Positions 8,779 through 21,200 are shown, numbered from the stretch's first letter. The stretch is 64,000 nucleotides of DNA from Bacteroidota bacterium (GCA_039714775.1 JBDLIQ010000005.1:923-64922), one strand, 5' to 3'. Made by a program: numbers and translations. The notes: generated by a model from the letters alone, not told the origin.

Positions 8779-10074
8779 ATGACTGTAAACATCATTACAC
8801 TGGGTTGCTCAAAGAACCTGGTTGATTCAGAACATCTCCTGTCCCAGTTCCGGGCTGCCGGCTACCGGGTCAGGCACGATGACTATGACAAGCGGGCCGA
8901 CCTGGTGATCATCAATACCTGCGGCTTTATTCTCGATGCCAAAGAGGAGTCGATCGAAACCATCCTTGCTTTCCTTGAGGAGAAGAGAGAGGGCAACCTG
9001 AGGATGCTCTTTGTGATGGGATGTTTATCAGAGCGCTACAGGGAGGAGTTGAAGGCTGAAATGCCCGAAGTGGATGGCTTCTTCGGGGTGTGGGAGATGG
9101 CAAAGATCCTTGAGGAGGCGGGGACCAGGCTTGACCGTGAACTGCTAACCGACCGGGTCATCACCACGCCGAAACACTATGCTTACCTGAAGGTCTCTGA
9201 GGGGTGTAACCGCACCTGCGCTTTCTGTGCCATACCCGGGATCAGGGGAGCGCAGCAGTCGATCCCCATCGGGGAGCTGGTTAAAGAGAGTATAAAACTT
9301 GCGGGACAGGGGGTCAGGGAGCTGATCCTGATCGCACAGGACCTGACCAATTACGGCATTGATATTTATCAGAAAAGGAGCCTTTATGACCTCTTGAAGG
9401 AGCTGGTGAAGATAGAGGGGTTGGAGTGGATCAGGCTGCACTATGCCTATCCGACCGGGTTTCCGGAAGAGGTTATTGAGCTGATGGCTTCGGAAGAGAA
9501 GATCTGCAACTACCTGGATATACCCATACAGCACATCAATGATGAACTGCTGACCTCCATGGGCAGGGGACACAACCGGGCAAAACTGGAACAGCTGCTG
9601 GAGCGCTTTCGGGAAAAGGTGCCCGATGTTGCGCTACGGACTACTGTGGTGACCGGATTTCCGGGGGAGAGCGATCAGGCATTCCGTGAACTGACAGAGT
9701 ACCTCTCCATATTCAGGTTTGATCGTCTGGGCGTATTTCCCTATTCCCACGAGGAGGATACGCCGGCATATCATCTGGACGACAGCATACCGGAGAAGAC
9801 GAAAGTGGAGCGGGCAGAGGCTGTGATGGAGCTGCAGCAGGAGATCTCTCTGGAGAGAAACCAGGAGAGGGTGGGGAGAACATTTAAGGTCCTGATCGAC
9901 AGGATGGACGGAGACTATTATATCGGCCGTACCCAGTATGATTCACCTGAAGTGGACAATGAAGTGCTGATTCCGGTGGGAGAGGAGCTGGAGATTGGAA
10001 ACTTCTACCCTGTAGAGATCACAGAAGCAGCAGAATTCGATCTTTTTGGACGTGTTATTAATGTCTGTCCATAA
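8779..10074 (+). CDS. rimO: Ribosomal protein S12 methylthiotransferase RimO
   Basis: MTTase N-domain VNIITLGCSKNLVDSE, radical-SAM motif CNRTCAFCAIP, and a C-terminal TRAM-like domain. Confidence 0.9.
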   Translation: MTVNIITLGCSKNLVDSEHLLSQFRAAGYRVRHDDYDKRADLVIINTCGFILDAKEESIETILAFLEEKREGNLRMLFVMGCLSERYREELKAEMPEVDGFFGVWEMAKILEEAGTRLDRELLTDRVITTPKHYAYLKVSEGCNRTCAFCAIPGIRGAQQSIPIGELVKESIKLAGQGVRELILIAQDLTNYGIDIYQKRSLYDLLKELVKIEGLEWIRLHYAYPTGFPEEVIELMASEEKICNYLDIPIQHINDELLTSMGRGHNRAKLEQLLERFREKVPDVALRTTVVTGFPGESDQAFRELTEYLSIFRFDRLGVFPYSHEEDTPAYHLDDSIPEKTKVERAEAVMELQQEISLERNQERVGRTFKVLIDRMDGDYYIGRTQYDSPEVDNEVLIPVGEELEIGNFYPVEITEAAEFDLFGRVINVCP

Positions 10075-10119
10075 AGTTCGCTATTCGCGTTACGCTTGCT
10101 CTCAATAGACAGACGTGAT

Positions 10120-12735
10120 CTAGTTTTCTTTGCTATCCTTATCCTTTGAATTCTCCTTTTTAGCCTTTTTCGGTTCCGGAAGCTCTTTTTTTCCTTTGGG
10201 AAGGACTCCCTTTTTCTTCTGGATTGCGACTGTAATCTCCTCTTTCTCCTTATCCAGATCCACCACCATGGCATCACCCTCTACCAGGGCCGACTTAATG
10301 ATGGTCTCGGCCATGGGATCTTCCAGGTACTTCTGGATGGCCCGCTTCAGTGGCCTGGCACCATACTGGATATCATACCCTTTGTCCAGGACATAATCCT
10401 TGGCTTCGTCAGACAGTTTGATCTCGAATCCGAGGCTCTTAACGCGGCTGTAGAGCCCCTTCAGTTCGATATCAATGATCTTGTGGATATCATCCCTCGA
10501 GAGGGTGTTGAAGAGTACCACATCGTCGATCCTGTTCAGGAATTCAGGTGCAAAGGCCCTTTTGAGTGCTTTCTGAATGACCCCCTTGGCATGCTCATTG
10601 GCAGTATTTTGCCTTGCTTTGGTTGCAAATCCCACACCCTGACCGAAATCTTTCAGCTCACGGGTTCCGATGTTGGAGGTCATGATCACGATGGTGTTCC
10701 TGAAATCAACCCTTCTTCCGAGGCTGTCGGTAAGCTGTCCTTCATCAAGAACCTGCAGCATGATGTTGAATACATCCGGATGCGCTTTCTCAATTTCGTC
10801 AAGCAGCACCACTGCATATGGTTTGCGGCGCACCTTCTCGGTGAGCTGGCCACCCTCTTCATACCCCACATATCCCGGAGGTGCTCCCACAAGCCTGGAT
10901 ACGGAGAACTTCTCCATGTATTCACTCATATCGATGCGAATCAGGTTGTCCACAGATTCGAAAAGGTATTCGGCCAGCACCTTGGCCATCTGTGTTTTAC
11001 CCACACCGGTTGGCCCCAGGAACACAAAGGTTCCGATGGGTTTGTTCGGGTCCTTCAATCCGGCCCTGTTGCGCTGGATCGACTTAACCACCTTATCGAT
11101 TGCCTCGTCCTGTCCGATCACGCTTCCCCTTAGTTCATCTGCCATCTTCAACAGACGGGTCCCCTCAGCCTGGGCAATACGCTGGACAGGAACGCCCGTC
11201 ATCATGGCCACCACTTCGGCCACTTTGTTTTCATCGACTGTTTCCCGGTTCTGCGACAGCTCCTTCTCCCACTTCTTCTTCTCAGATTCAAGCTTGTCCA
11301 GCAACTCCTTCTCCTTATCACGATACCCGGCGGCCTTTTCAAAATTCTGGTTCTTCACAGCCTGGATCTTATCCTGCTTGGTGTGCTCGATATCCTTCTC
11401 CAGCTCCACGATCTGGTCCGGAACCACAATGTTGGAGATGTGGACCCTTGAACCTGCTTCATCAAGGGCATCAATTGCCTTATCGGGCAGATGGCGATCA
11501 CTGATATAACGCTGCGTGAGCTTCACACAGGCATCGATGGCATCGTCGGTGTAGCTTACATTGTGGTGATCCTCATACCGCTCCTTGATGTTCAGAAGGA
11601 TATCGATGGTCTCCTCCATGCTGGTTGGATCCACCATTACCTTCTGGAACCTCCGCTCCAGTGCACCGTCCTTCTCAATGTGTTGCCTGTATTCATCCAG
11701 GGTAGTGGCCCCGATACACTGTATCTCACCCCTGGCCAGGGCGGGTTTCAGCATGTTGGCCGCATCAAGTGATCCGGTTGCACCTCCGGCACCAACAATG
11801 GTGTGGATCTCGTCGATAAAGAGGATGATGGACGGATTCTTCACCAACTCATTGAGGATGGCCTTCATCCGCTCCTCAAACTGTCCCCGGTACTTGGTTC
11901 CGGCCACAATGGAGGCCAGGTCAAGGGTGACCACCCTTTTATCAAACAGGACACGGCTCACTTTTCGCTGGATGATGCGCAGGGCCAGTCCCTCGGCAAT
12001 GGCTGATTTTCCAACACCGGGCTCCCCGATCAGGATGGGATTGTTTTTCTTCCGGCGGCTCAGGATCTGGGCAAGCCGTTCTATCTCAATTTCCCTTCCA
12101 ACAATGGGATCCAGCCGGTCCTCTTCTGCGGCCTTGGTCAGGTCGATCCCAAAGTTATCCAGCACGGGCGTGTCGGAACTTGACTTCGGGGATGATCCAC
12201 CGCCGCTGCTCTTTCCACTGCCTCCCTGACCACCGCCCCCGCTGAAGGAGCCTTTGCCTTCCTCATCCTCATCACCAGGAAAATCGGCCCTGGCTTCCGG
12301 CAGGGAATCGGCAATCTCCTGCTTCACCTTGTTGTATGTGATCCCGTTCTCCACCAGGTAGCGTGTGCCATAGTTGTTATCATCCTTCAGTATGGCCAGC
12401 AAGAGGTGGTTGGTATCGATGGTTTTTTGTTTCATTGAACGGGCTTCAAGATGGGTCAGCTTCAGAATTCGTTCTGTGCTCTTTAAAAGTGGCAGGCTGT
12501 CCGGGTCTGATACAACAGAGGGCTGCTCGTTGCGGATACTCTTCTCAATGGCCATCCGGAAATCATACAACTCCACACCAAGAACCACCAGCACATCAAT
12601 AGCCAGCCCCTCTCCATCCCTCATGATCCCCAATAGCAGGTGCTCCACATTGATGTGTGAATTCCCGAGCCTGACCGCCTCTTCCTTGCTGTACCCAAGT
12701 ACATCTTTTATCCTTTGTGAAAACTGTGCATCCAT
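10120..12735 (-). CDS. clpC: ATP-dependent Clp protease ATP-binding subunit (ClpC-type AAA+ unfoldase)
   Basis: It has a double Clp_N repeat, two AAA+ modules (GEPGVGKSAIAEGLA and GPTGVGKTQMAK) and a short middle domain. There is a G/S-rich linker and a Lys-rich C-terminal tail. Confidence 0.92.
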   Translation of the reverse strand: MDAQFSQRIKDVLGYSKEEAVRLGNSHINVEHLLLGIMRDGEGLAIDVLVVLGVELYDFRMAIEKSIRNEQPSVVSDPDSLPLLKSTERILKLTHLEARSMKQKTIDTNHLLLAILKDDNNYGTRYLVENGITYNKVKQEIADSLPEARADFPGDEDEEGKGSFSGGGGQGGSGKSSGGGSSPKSSSDTPVLDNFGIDLTKAAEEDRLDPIVGREIEIERLAQILSRRKKNNPILIGEPGVGKSAIAEGLALRIIQRKVSRVLFDKRVVTLDLASIVAGTKYRGQFEERMKAILNELVKNPSIILFIDEIHTIVGAGGATGSLDAANMLKPALARGEIQCIGATTLDEYRQHIEKDGALERRFQKVMVDPTSMEETIDILLNIKERYEDHHNVSYTDDAIDACVKLTQRYISDRHLPDKAIDALDEAGSRVHISNIVVPDQIVELEKDIEHTKQDKIQAVKNQNFEKAAGYRDKEKELLDKLESEKKKWEKELSQNRETVDENKVAEVVAMMTGVPVQRIAQAEGTRLLKMADELRGSVIGQDEAIDKVVKSIQRNRAGLKDPNKPIGTFVFLGPTGVGKTQMAKVLAEYLFESVDNLIRIDMSEYMEKFSVSRLVGAPPGYVGYEEGGQLTEKVRRKPYAVVLLDEIEKAHPDVFNIMLQVLDEGQLTDSLGRRVDFRNTIVIMTSNIGTRELKDFGQGVGFATKARQNTANEHAKGVIQKALKRAFAPEFLNRIDDVVLFNTLSRDDIHKIIDIELKGLYSRVKSLGFEIKLSDEAKDYVLDKGYDIQYGARPLKRAIQKYLEDPMAETIIKSALVEGDAMVVDLDKEKEEITVAIQKKKGVLPKGKKELPEPKKAKKENSKDKDSKEN

Positions 12736-12849
12736 GTGTTAAACTTACTTCAGTTGGGTTAAAAAACAAAGTAACTAATAAGGCTCAAATATATCAATAA
12801 AACAATTATCTATTATAAACAGTTCAATGTTAATAAAAGCGCCTTGAAA

Positions 12850-12882
12850 TTGAGGTTTTTAGGCGGGAAATCGCTATTTTCG
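12850..12882 (+). promoter_or_regulatory. Candidate Bacteroidota-type promoter for gyrA
   Basis: TATTTTCG at 12875-12882 is a near match to the -7 consensus TAnnTTTG. A TTG lies about 22 nt upstream. Confidence 0.3.
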
Positions 12883-12946
12883 AATCTTATTCCGAGAGGC
12901 GGAAAAGGTAATTATAAAGTATTGATAATCAACTAGATAGAATTAG

Positions 12947-15463
12947 ATGGCAGAAGGCGAAAAAATACTTAGAATTAACATAGAGGAGGAGATGAAATCG
13001 GCCTACATCGATTATTCGATGTCGGTGATTGTGTCGCGCGCACTACCCGATGTGAGAGATGGCCTGAAACCGGTGCACAGGAGGGTACTTTTTGGCATGT
13101 CAGAACTGGGTGTATATTCCAACAGACCCTTTAAGAAATCGGCAAGGATCGTAGGGGAGGTGCTGGGTAAGTACCACCCGCATGGAGACTCATCGGTGTA
13201 TGATGCCATGGTGCGTATGGCCCAGGAGTGGTCATTGCGCTATCCGCTTGTGGATGGGCAGGGGAACTTCGGGTCGGTGGATGGTGACAGTCCGGCTGCC
13301 ATGCGATATACGGAGGCACGGCTGCAGAAGATTGCTGAAGAGACCATGGCTGATCTGGATAAGGATACGGTCGATTTCCAGCTCAATTTTGACGATACCC
13401 TGGAAGAGCCCCAGGTGATGCCCACACGGATCCCCACATTGCTTGTGAATGGAACTTCAGGGATTGCAGTGGGAATGGCCACCAACATGCCCCCTCATAA
13501 CCTGACCGATACCATAGAGGCCATTGTGGCCTATATTGAAAACAATGACATTGAGATCAGTGAGCTGACCGAGATATTGAAGGCGCCTGATTTTCCTACA
13601 GGCGGGATTATTTACGGATACAACGGGGTGAAGGAGGCTTATGAGACCGGCAGGGGAAGGATCGTGGTTCGTGCTAAAAGTGAGATTGAGGTAACCGACT
13701 CCGGAAGGGAGAAGATCATCATCACCGAGATTCCTTACCTTGTTAATAAAGCGGAGCTTATTCGGAAGACAGCCGACCTGATCAATGAGAAGAAGATCGA
13801 GGGAATCTCTTACATCAATGATGAATCGGACCGTCAGGGCATGCGCATTGTAATTATCTGTAAAAGGGATGCCAGTGCATATGTTGTATTGAATAATTTA
13901 CTGAAATACACCCAGTTACAAACTGCTTTCAATGTAAATAACATTGCCCTGGTAAAGGGAAGACCCAGGACACTGAACCTGAAGCAGATCATCACCCATT
14001 TTGTAAATCACAGGCATGAAGTGGTGGTTCGCAGAACCCGGTATGAACTGGAGCAGGCAGAAAAACGTGCACACATCCTGGAGGGGCTCCTTAAAGCACT
14101 GGATCATATCGATGAGGTGATTGCGCTGATCAGGGCTTCCAAGACACCTGACGAGGCGAAAGAGGGGTTGATGGAGAAGTTCGGATTTACCGAAGTGCAG
14201 GCCAAAGCGATCCTCGAAATGCGTCTGCAGCGGCTTGTAGGGCTGGAGCGTGATAAAATAAGGGCCGAGTATGAAGAGCTCATGAAGATGATTGAGTACT
14301 TCAAACGTATACTTTCTGATGAGGGGCTGAGGATGGATATCATCAAGGAGGAGTTGCAAGAGGTAAAAGAGAAATATGGTGATGAGCGACGGACCGATAT
14401 TGTACCGGATGAGGGTGAATTTGATCCGGAAGATTTCTATGCTGATGAGGATATGGTGATCACCATTTCCAAGCTGGGTTACATCAAACGTACGCCGCTG
14501 CATGAATTCCGCACTCAGAACAGGGGAGGAGTTGGCGCAAAAGGCAGCATCACCAGGGATGAGGATTTCATGGTAAATATGTTTGTGGCCACCATGCACA
14601 ACACCATTCTTTTCTTCACTGAAAATGGCAAAGTATTCTGGCTCAAAGTATACAAGATTCCAGAAGGCGTGAAGGCGAGCAAGGGACGGGCCATACAGAA
14701 CCTGATTAATATTGAAAAGGAGGATACGGTGAAAACCTTCGTCAATGTGAAGAACCTGAAAGACGAGGAGTACATCAATAACAACTATATCGTCCTTGCA
14801 ACAAAGAAGGGTGTGATCAAGAAAACAAGGCTGGAGGCTTACTCCAGGCCGCGTCAGAACGGGATTAATGCCATTATTGTAAGGGAAGGGGATATGTTGC
14901 TGGATGCCCGTCTTACCGACGGAGAGATGGAGCTGATGCTGGCGGTACGTGCCGGGAAAGCCATCCGCTTCCATGAAAAGACGGTCAGGGCAGTGGGTAG
15001 AACTGCTTCCGGGGTGAAAGGGATCACCCTCGGCGGACCAAAAGATGAAGTGATGGGCATTGTGACTGCCAAGCCGGGAGAGAAGGATATCCTGGTGATT
15101 TCAGAGAATGGTTTCGGGAAACGCTCCGTTCTGGAAGACTACCGGTTTACAAACCGGGGAGGAAAGGGTGTGAAGACCATTAACATCACCGAGAAAACCG
15201 GAAACCTGATTGCAATAAAAGCGGTTACGGACGACGATGACCTGATGATCATAACAGAGAACGGGATCGCCATCAGGCTCTCTGTTCAGGGAGTCCGGGT
15301 TATGGGCCGTAACACACAGGGTGTCAGGCTTATAAATCTAAGAGAAGGAGACCGGATTGCTGCAGCCACACAGGTTCCTGCCAATGGTGATAACAGTGAT
15401 CAGGTCAATGATGACACCCAGGATCCGAAAGAGGCTGATAGAAAAGATGATGAGAAAGAGTAA
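12947..15463 (+). CDS. gyrA: DNA gyrase subunit A
   Basis: [46 protein letters not shown], and C-terminal beta-pinwheel repeats. Confidence 0.98.
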   Translation: MAEGEKILRINIEEEMKSAYIDYSMSVIVSRALPDVRDGLKPVHRRVLFGMSELGVYSNRPFKKSARIVGEVLGKYHPHGDSSVYDAMVRMAQEWSLRYPLVDGQGNFGSVDGDSPAAMRYTEARLQKIAEETMADLDKDTVDFQLNFDDTLEEPQVMPTRIPTLLVNGTSGIAVGMATNMPPHNLTDTIEAIVAYIENNDIEISELTEILKAPDFPTGGIIYGYNGVKEAYETGRGRIVVRAKSEIEVTDSGREKIIITEIPYLVNKAELIRKTADLINEKKIEGISYINDESDRQGMRIVIICKRDASAYVVLNNLLKYTQLQTAFNVNNIALVKGRPRTLNLKQIITHFVNHRHEVVVRRTRYELEQAEKRAHILEGLLKALDHIDEVIALIRASKTPDEAKEGLMEKFGFTEVQAKAILEMRLQRLVGLERDKIRAEYEELMKMIEYFKRILSDEGLRMDIIKEELQEVKEKYGDERRTDIVPDEGEFDPEDFYADEDMVITISKLGYIKRTPLHEFRTQNRGGVGAKGSITRDEDFMVNMFVATMHNTILFFTENGKVFWLKVYKIPEGVKASKGRAIQNLINIEKEDTVKTFVNVKNLKDEEYINNNYIVLATKKGVIKKTRLEAYSRPRQNGINAIIVREGDMLLDARLTDGEMELMLAVRAGKAIRFHEKTVRAVGRTASGVKGITLGGPKDEVMGIVTAKPGEKDILVISENGFGKRSVLEDYRFTNRGGKGVKTINITEKTGNLIAIKAVTDDDDLMIITENGIAIRLSVQGVRVMGRNTQGVRLINLREGDRIAAATQVPANGDNSDQVNDDTQDPKEADRKDDEKE

Positions 15464-15480
15464 GCGATTTTGGCATCTTA

Positions 15481-15511
15481 TTTGAAGGTTATAGGTAAAG
15501 TTTATATTTTT
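15481..15511 (+). promoter_or_regulatory. Candidate Bacteroidota-type promoter for the TPR gene
   Basis: TATTTTTG at 15504-15511 is an exact TAnnTTTG match. TTG at 15481-15483 lies 20 nt upstream. Confidence 0.4.
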
Positions 15512-15535
15512 GAATCTTATTAAATAGCAAGCAAT

Positions 15536-16876
15536 ATGAAAAAGTTATTCCTTTCGCTGATTGTTTCTTCAGTAATTTTCACGGGTTTACATGCCCAGGA
15601 GGCAGGTACCACTGTGGTGCTTCTGAATTACAATACAGTGCAAAAGAAGGTCGCGAAAAGTGACACAGACATCCAGAATCCAAAGAAGAGTGTCAAAGCT
15701 TCTACATGGATGAAAAGGGGAGAGATTCACCAGGATGCATTTATGGTTGGGCTTGAACAGATACAGGAGGGTGCAGCCACCACAAACCTGGTACTGTTTT
15801 ACGGAGAGCCCAACAGCATAGATACCGAAACAGAGGATGGATCTCAAAAAGAGATCTATCAGTACGACCATATGAATTACACCTTTGTTAATGGTGCCCT
15901 TAATGAGTGGGAGAAGAAGGATCCTATTGTCGATGATCCTCTCAGGATTGCCCTGGATGCCTATAATAAAGCACTCGAATTGGACGAGAATGCAAAATTG
16001 GGTGAAAAGGTCAAAGAGCACCTTACAGATCTGAAGGGACAATTTAAGCAAGAGGGTGTAAATAGTTATTACAAAAATAATTATAAAGGTGCTTTGCAGG
16101 CATTTGAGAATGTACTTGAAGTGAACAACCTGGAGCTTTTTGCTGGTGAGTTTGACACAGTTATGGTTCAGTATTCCGGAATTATTTCCAGGGAGATTGC
16201 AGGTAAAACTGATGATAAGGAGCTCTATATGAAGGCCATTGGCTATTATCAGCAACTTGCAAAAGTCAACTACGGTAGTACAAACACGTACCTTCAGATT
16301 AAAATGGATTATCTCTCAATTGGCGATACATTGCAGGCACTGGAAACTGTCAAGGAGGCTTATGCTAAATATCCCGATTCAATCAATATAATTGCCAATA
16401 TAGCAGACACTTACATTTTGCTAAAGCAGTTTGATGAAGGGGTAGAATTTATGGATAAAGTCATCGAAGGCAATCCTTCCATTGCTGAGGCCTATTACTG
16501 GAAAGGCCGGTTGCTTCTGAATAAGGAGGAGGTAGAGTTCATTGAACAGGCCATTGAAGCATATGAAAAAGCCGGGGAGCTTGATCCTACGATCTATTAT
16601 ATCTGGTATGACCTTGGCTATATTTACTATCTGCAGGGTGCTGACTTCTATGACAGGGCCAATACCGAAGAGCATGATCCCACAAGGATACGTCTTCTTG
16701 AACTGGGGAAAGAGAAGTATACTGAAGCCATTCCTATACTTGAAAAAGCATACGAGCTAAATTCTGAAAACCTGGCTGTAAAATCTGAAACACTTGATCT
16801 GCTGCAGAGAATCTATTATAAGGAGCAAATGATGGATGACTACGAAAGGATTAAGGAACTTAAGAATAGTTTGTAA
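15536..16876 (+). CDS. Secreted tetratricopeptide-repeat protein
   Basis: Signal peptide MKKLFLSLIVSSVIFTGLHAQ, followed by repeated TPR-like helices (AIEAYEKAGELDP, YYWKGRLLL and others). Confidence 0.75.
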   Translation: MKKLFLSLIVSSVIFTGLHAQEAGTTVVLLNYNTVQKKVAKSDTDIQNPKKSVKASTWMKRGEIHQDAFMVGLEQIQEGAATTNLVLFYGEPNSIDTETEDGSQKEIYQYDHMNYTFVNGALNEWEKKDPIVDDPLRIALDAYNKALELDENAKLGEKVKEHLTDLKGQFKQEGVNSYYKNNYKGALQAFENVLEVNNLELFAGEFDTVMVQYSGIISREIAGKTDDKELYMKAIGYYQQLAKVNYGSTNTYLQIKMDYLSIGDTLQALETVKEAYAKYPDSINIIANIADTYILLKQFDEGVEFMDKVIEGNPSIAEAYYWKGRLLLNKEEVEFIEQAIEAYEKAGELDPTIYYIWYDLGYIYYLQGADFYDRANTEEHDPTRIRLLELGKEKYTEAIPILEKAYELNSENLAVKSETLDLLQRIYYKEQMMDDYERIKELKNSL

Positions 16877-16930
16877 GTTACCTGGTCACCAGGTTGTCGG
16901 GTTAGACCAGCGTGACTAATCATATTAAAG

Positions 16931-16956
16931 GGGAGGTAGAGTTAATTTATCTCCCC
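16931..16956 (+). terminator. Putative terminator hairpin after the TPR gene
   Basis: GGGGAG stem, 14-nt loop, CTCCCC stem, then T-rich TTATCTCTATTTAT. Confidence 0.35.
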
Positions 16957-16971
16957 TTATCTCTATTTATC

Positions 16972-17068
16972 CTATTTAACATAATATTAATTCTAGTGCA
17001 ACTGTGACTATTGTGCTCTGTTGCCTGGTTGACGCTCTGACACTAGAATAAGGCACTATGTTAAATAG
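16972..17068. repeat. Composite inverted repeat (12 + 8 bp arms around a 42-nt core)
   Basis: ctatttaacata (16972-16983) pairs with tatgttaaatag (17057-17068). ttctagtg (16991-16998) pairs with cactagaa (17041-17048). Confidence 0.6.
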
Positions 17069-17114
17069 CCCCGCAGGCCAGCCTGCAAAAGCTTTGCCCT
17101 GTAAGATGCTGATT

Positions 17115-17143
17115 ATTGGAGGACGAAAATTGCGACCTCCAAT
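17115..17143. repeat. 8-bp stem hairpin whose loop resembles the dispersed repeat family
   Basis: attggagg / cctccaat stem. The loop acgaaaattgcga, read together with the first bases of the 3' arm (cctc), resembles cgaaattgcgaactc in copy B3 (45603-45640). It lies 18 nt downstream of the ORF6N stop. Confidence 0.4.
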
Positions 17144-17160
17144 CAAAAGGTTTGCTACTG

Positions 17161-17682
17161 CTATTTTTTAAAACCAATTCTTGGACGGTCTTTTAAGTCT
17201 TTCTCATCTTGCCTGGCTTTCTCGAGGTGCTTAATGTATTCCAGGATTAACAAGATTTTATCATCCTGCTCGATGTCCTTTCTTTCGAGCTCCTCGAGTT
17301 TATAAAGGATTTCTTTATGGGATTCGAGCATTTCACGCATTTGTGAAAATACGCGCATAATATGAATATTGACCTTTATCGCTCTCTCACTATGCAAAAC
17401 TCCTGACAGCATAGCAACCCCTTGTTCTGTAAAGGCATACGGTAATTTACGGCGGCCTCCCCAACTTGAAGTCGCAAATTGCGACTTCAAGTTATCAAAT
17501 TCTTTTTGGGACAACTGGAACATGAAGTCCTCCGGAAAACGGGCTATGTTCCTTTTTATCTGCTCGTTTAGCCTTTTGGTTTCTACATCATAGAGCTCCG
17601 CAAGATCTTCATCCAACATAACTTTTTTGTCTCGAATCACAAAAATTTTGCTGGCGATAAATTCATCTGGAATTTGTGTCAC
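17161..17682 (-). CDS. ORF6N (KilA-N-like) DNA-binding domain protein
   Basis: [45 protein letters not shown]...[20 protein letters not shown] matches the ORF6N signature. GTG start. Confidence 0.85.
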   Translation of the reverse strand: MTQIPDEFIASKIFVIRDKKVMLDEDLAELYDVETKRLNEQIKRNIARFPEDFMFQLSQKEFDNLKSQFATSSWGGRRKLPYAFTEQGVAMLSGVLHSERAIKVNIHIMRVFSQMREMLESHKEILYKLEELERKDIEQDDKILLILEYIKHLEKARQDEKDLKDRPRIGFKK

Positions 17683-18267
17683 TTGTTTTCTAAGTTAATG
17701 TAGAATACCAAGCAATTATCAGCGTAAATGCAAATCACCCTTTCCCCGTTGCCGTGCAACGCAAAAAGAGTGTATCCCGACCAAGTCCCGGTCTTTCAAC
17801 TTCAACCTTCGTCAGGAAAGGCTTTACATAGCTATTGCTATGCGCGGATTCCCTGCCTTGGCTAAAGCTAAAATTCCTTCTTTGGCTCTATTTACAGACA
17901 AATAGTTTCACAACTATAATGACATATGGAAATGACTATCTTTATTGAGTTTTTTATGCGAAAAAGAGAGATGAATAGAGTGTCTGGTTTGCGCAGGACA
18001 GGTGTACGGAAAGTTATGCAACTTTCTTTCTGTAAAATTACTTAAGCCACAGTTATCTTTTTCTCTTTCATAGAGTTTAATTCACCAGGAGGAGGAGCAG
18101 GAGTAGATCAAAAATTAGAATAGAAAGTATTGAGAATATTGAAATAATATATCAATCATTCGATGCAACTCCTATTGGTGAGGATTATAACTACAACGAA
18201 TTGCCGTTTAAACTTTCATTGATGAAGAGAAAAACTGAATAGAACTTATCAATGAAAATATACATTC

Positions 18268-21200
18268 ATGCTTAACAAGTTTTTTACACTAATCTTATTA
18301 CTCACCTTTACCCAGGTAAAGGCACAGCTTACGTGGAGTGAGGAAATAAATGCCCCCAGAGGCGGCTACCCAAGAATGACACAAATGCCAAATGGCACAC
18401 TGCTACTGGGGGCTGACAGATCAGAAGGCATTCCGCTTTATAAAAGCACCAATGGTGGTGCCACATGGTCTAATACAAATGAAGATGGTGAAATGGCCGT
18501 TCCACTCCCCAATCCAGAAAACGGTAACGAACAAGTAGGGAATGCATTCCCCATAGCAATGCCAAATGGAGATATATTAATAGCCTATCGCTATGTAAAC
18601 TGGCATAATTATCAAGAGGATGTGCCTGATGACATAGATTTTCACAATATAGATATTGCACAAAGTACAGATGGTGGAAAAACATTTCATTACCTAAACA
18701 GCGTGATTAGCGATAGCAACTCTCCTACCGGTAACAATTCAGAACCAAACGAAGGAGCGCCTGAACCATTCCTATATAATGGTCCCGATGGTAAATTATG
18801 GTGCTTGTATTCTATTCAATATACTTTGAAGCCAGATGGAACCAGAGACCATCCACTTTGGTTGGCAATGAAAAAATCAACTGATGGAGGTGCAACATGG
18901 GGAGAGCAATCATATATCATAGGGCCTGATTCTCACCCTGAAATGACTGATTGGCATGCTGGCATGGGTTCTATAGTTCAAGCCGATAATGGAGAGTTAA
19001 TTGCTGTAATAGAAAGCGGCTATCAATCAGGAGACCACATCGCAATGGGTATAAAATTAGTTCGCACTGCTGACCCAACTGGCGAAAGTGGGTGGGGACC
19101 AATTGAATATGTTTATAATGCAACTGAGGATTTAAAACCTACCAGTTACGTATATGGTGCAGGAGCGCCATATATTGCAAAATTGAATGACGGAACTCTT
19201 GTAGTTTCATATCAGGTGGGGGATTTTGATAATGGTCAAAAAATGGGATATGTAACCAGCACCGACAATGGTTATTCCTGGTCTAAGAATAATTATGTTT
19301 TTGATGAGTATGGAAGTTTATGGAGCTCCTTATTTGTTGATAGCTCGGGTACATTGTATGGACTAACATCTGGTATGAAAATTAAGAAACATTATCCTGA
19401 TGGTGAGCCTGTTTACAATGGCGAGCCCTTTTACATGTTTTCAGCTGCAAGTGATAAAGTTTTAGGAACAGCAGAGGCAACACCTGAGAACGGTAGTTTA
19501 GTTAAATTGTTTGCTAATGATAATACCGCTAATAAGCAATGGATATTAAATGATGAAGGTGATGGCTTTTTCTCTTTGTCACCTGCTGGTGCACCTTCGA
19601 AGAGCCTTTCAGTTGATTCATCCGCTGCTTTAAGTCAAAAACTCTATGTGGAGGATGACAATGGGGGTGAATACCAAAAATGGTATGTGATAGAAGAGCT
19701 TGGTAATTTCAAAATTGTAAATAAAAAAACTGGTTATGTTGTCGATATCTGGGGTAACGAAGACGCTGATGGAACACAGGCTGTTTTATGGGAGGACCTT
19801 GCGGGGAAAAATCAGCAGTTTTATGCTTTGTTGGAAAGCGGTGTCCAGTTAAACGTATTCGATGGGTATGAAAAACAACCAGGCTATAAATTTTTTAGTA
19901 AAAAAGATCCAAACGCCTTTCTCCAGGCGACAGACCGAAATCCTCACAATGGAACAAATGTAAACATAGGTAAGGAGCCCGATCATACTAACTATTGGAT
20001 AAATCAAAACTGGATAATCCATAGAATCGATGCCGATTATTTTTGGTTCGAATCGGAAGGGACTCCGAATCAATGTTTGAATGTCGATTATCCATTTGAT
20101 CCTGATGGGACAAATATTCACATGTGGGATTATAATGGAGGCAATAATTGCAAATGGAAACTTTATAACAACGATAACAATAGTGATGGTTATTATTCTT
20201 TTATAAACAAGCGTAGTGATTATGTAATTAATGCCCAAGGTACAGATAATGGGGATAATGTATTCCAAACTGATTATACCGGTTCCGACTATCAAAAATG
20301 GACACCGTTCCCATCGCAGCCATATTATCCTTCAGATCCGTTGTTAGGTAATCTGCATCCCGACAGGATATCATTAAACCAGGGTGCAATTACTGTTGCC
20401 GGTGGCGACCAGACAGTTGAATCAACTACGATGCTGGAGGTTACTTCACTTAAAGATGCTATTGGAGGTGGACAATTAAGCTATGCGTGGCAATTGAGTT
20501 ATAATAACGGTGATTGGACAGATATTCCGGAAGAGACAGAAACATCATATAGTTTTAAAGCACCCACTGCCGGAGGTATTTATCAAATACACCGTACTGC
20601 TATTGATCAGTATTATAAGATTTCTACTAACACTATTACAATTACTGTAATAAGTAACGATGCCACATTAAGCGACTTAACAGTTGGCGGCACAACTGTA
20701 ACAGGATTCGATTCTGCAGTTACTATTTATGACGTAGTGCTGCCTTTCGGCTCAACTGCTATTCCTCCAGTATTAGGAACCCCAAATGATAACGGTGCCA
20801 ACGCAGTCGAAACAACAACAGCCACATTGCCTCTTCCTTCTACTACAGTTATTACTGTAACTGCTGAAAATGGAACGGTTTTAACTCACACAGTTAACTT
20901 CACTGAGGCTGATGAGAATGCAAACAATGATGCTACTTTAGGTGACCTAATGGTTAATGGAGAGAGTGTTGCAGGGTTTAGCGCTGATATTTTCGTATAT
21001 AATATTGAACTGGTATATGGTACAACATTTGATTCTGTCCAGGTTTCTGCAATAGCTGCCGATGCCAATGCACTATCTGTTGATGTAACACAAGTTGCCG
21101 AACTGCCAGGTGATGCATCAGTAACAGTAAAAGCTGAAGATGCAGTCTCTACCCAAACTTATATTATTCACTTTACAGTAACTGCCCCCTCCACAGATGC

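Noticed and set aside
13916-14974. 352-aa ORF antisense to gyrA, plus other long antisense or out-of-frame ORFs in the track (for example 10670-11509 and 11585-12229 inside clpC, 2484-3272 inside the DUF4914 gene, 15587-16255, 31602-32201, 47422-48093 and 49168-49683).
   Set aside because: Each lies entirely within a strongly supported, motif-rich gene on the other strand or frame. Their translations are low-complexity or compositionally odd. They are shadow ORFs.
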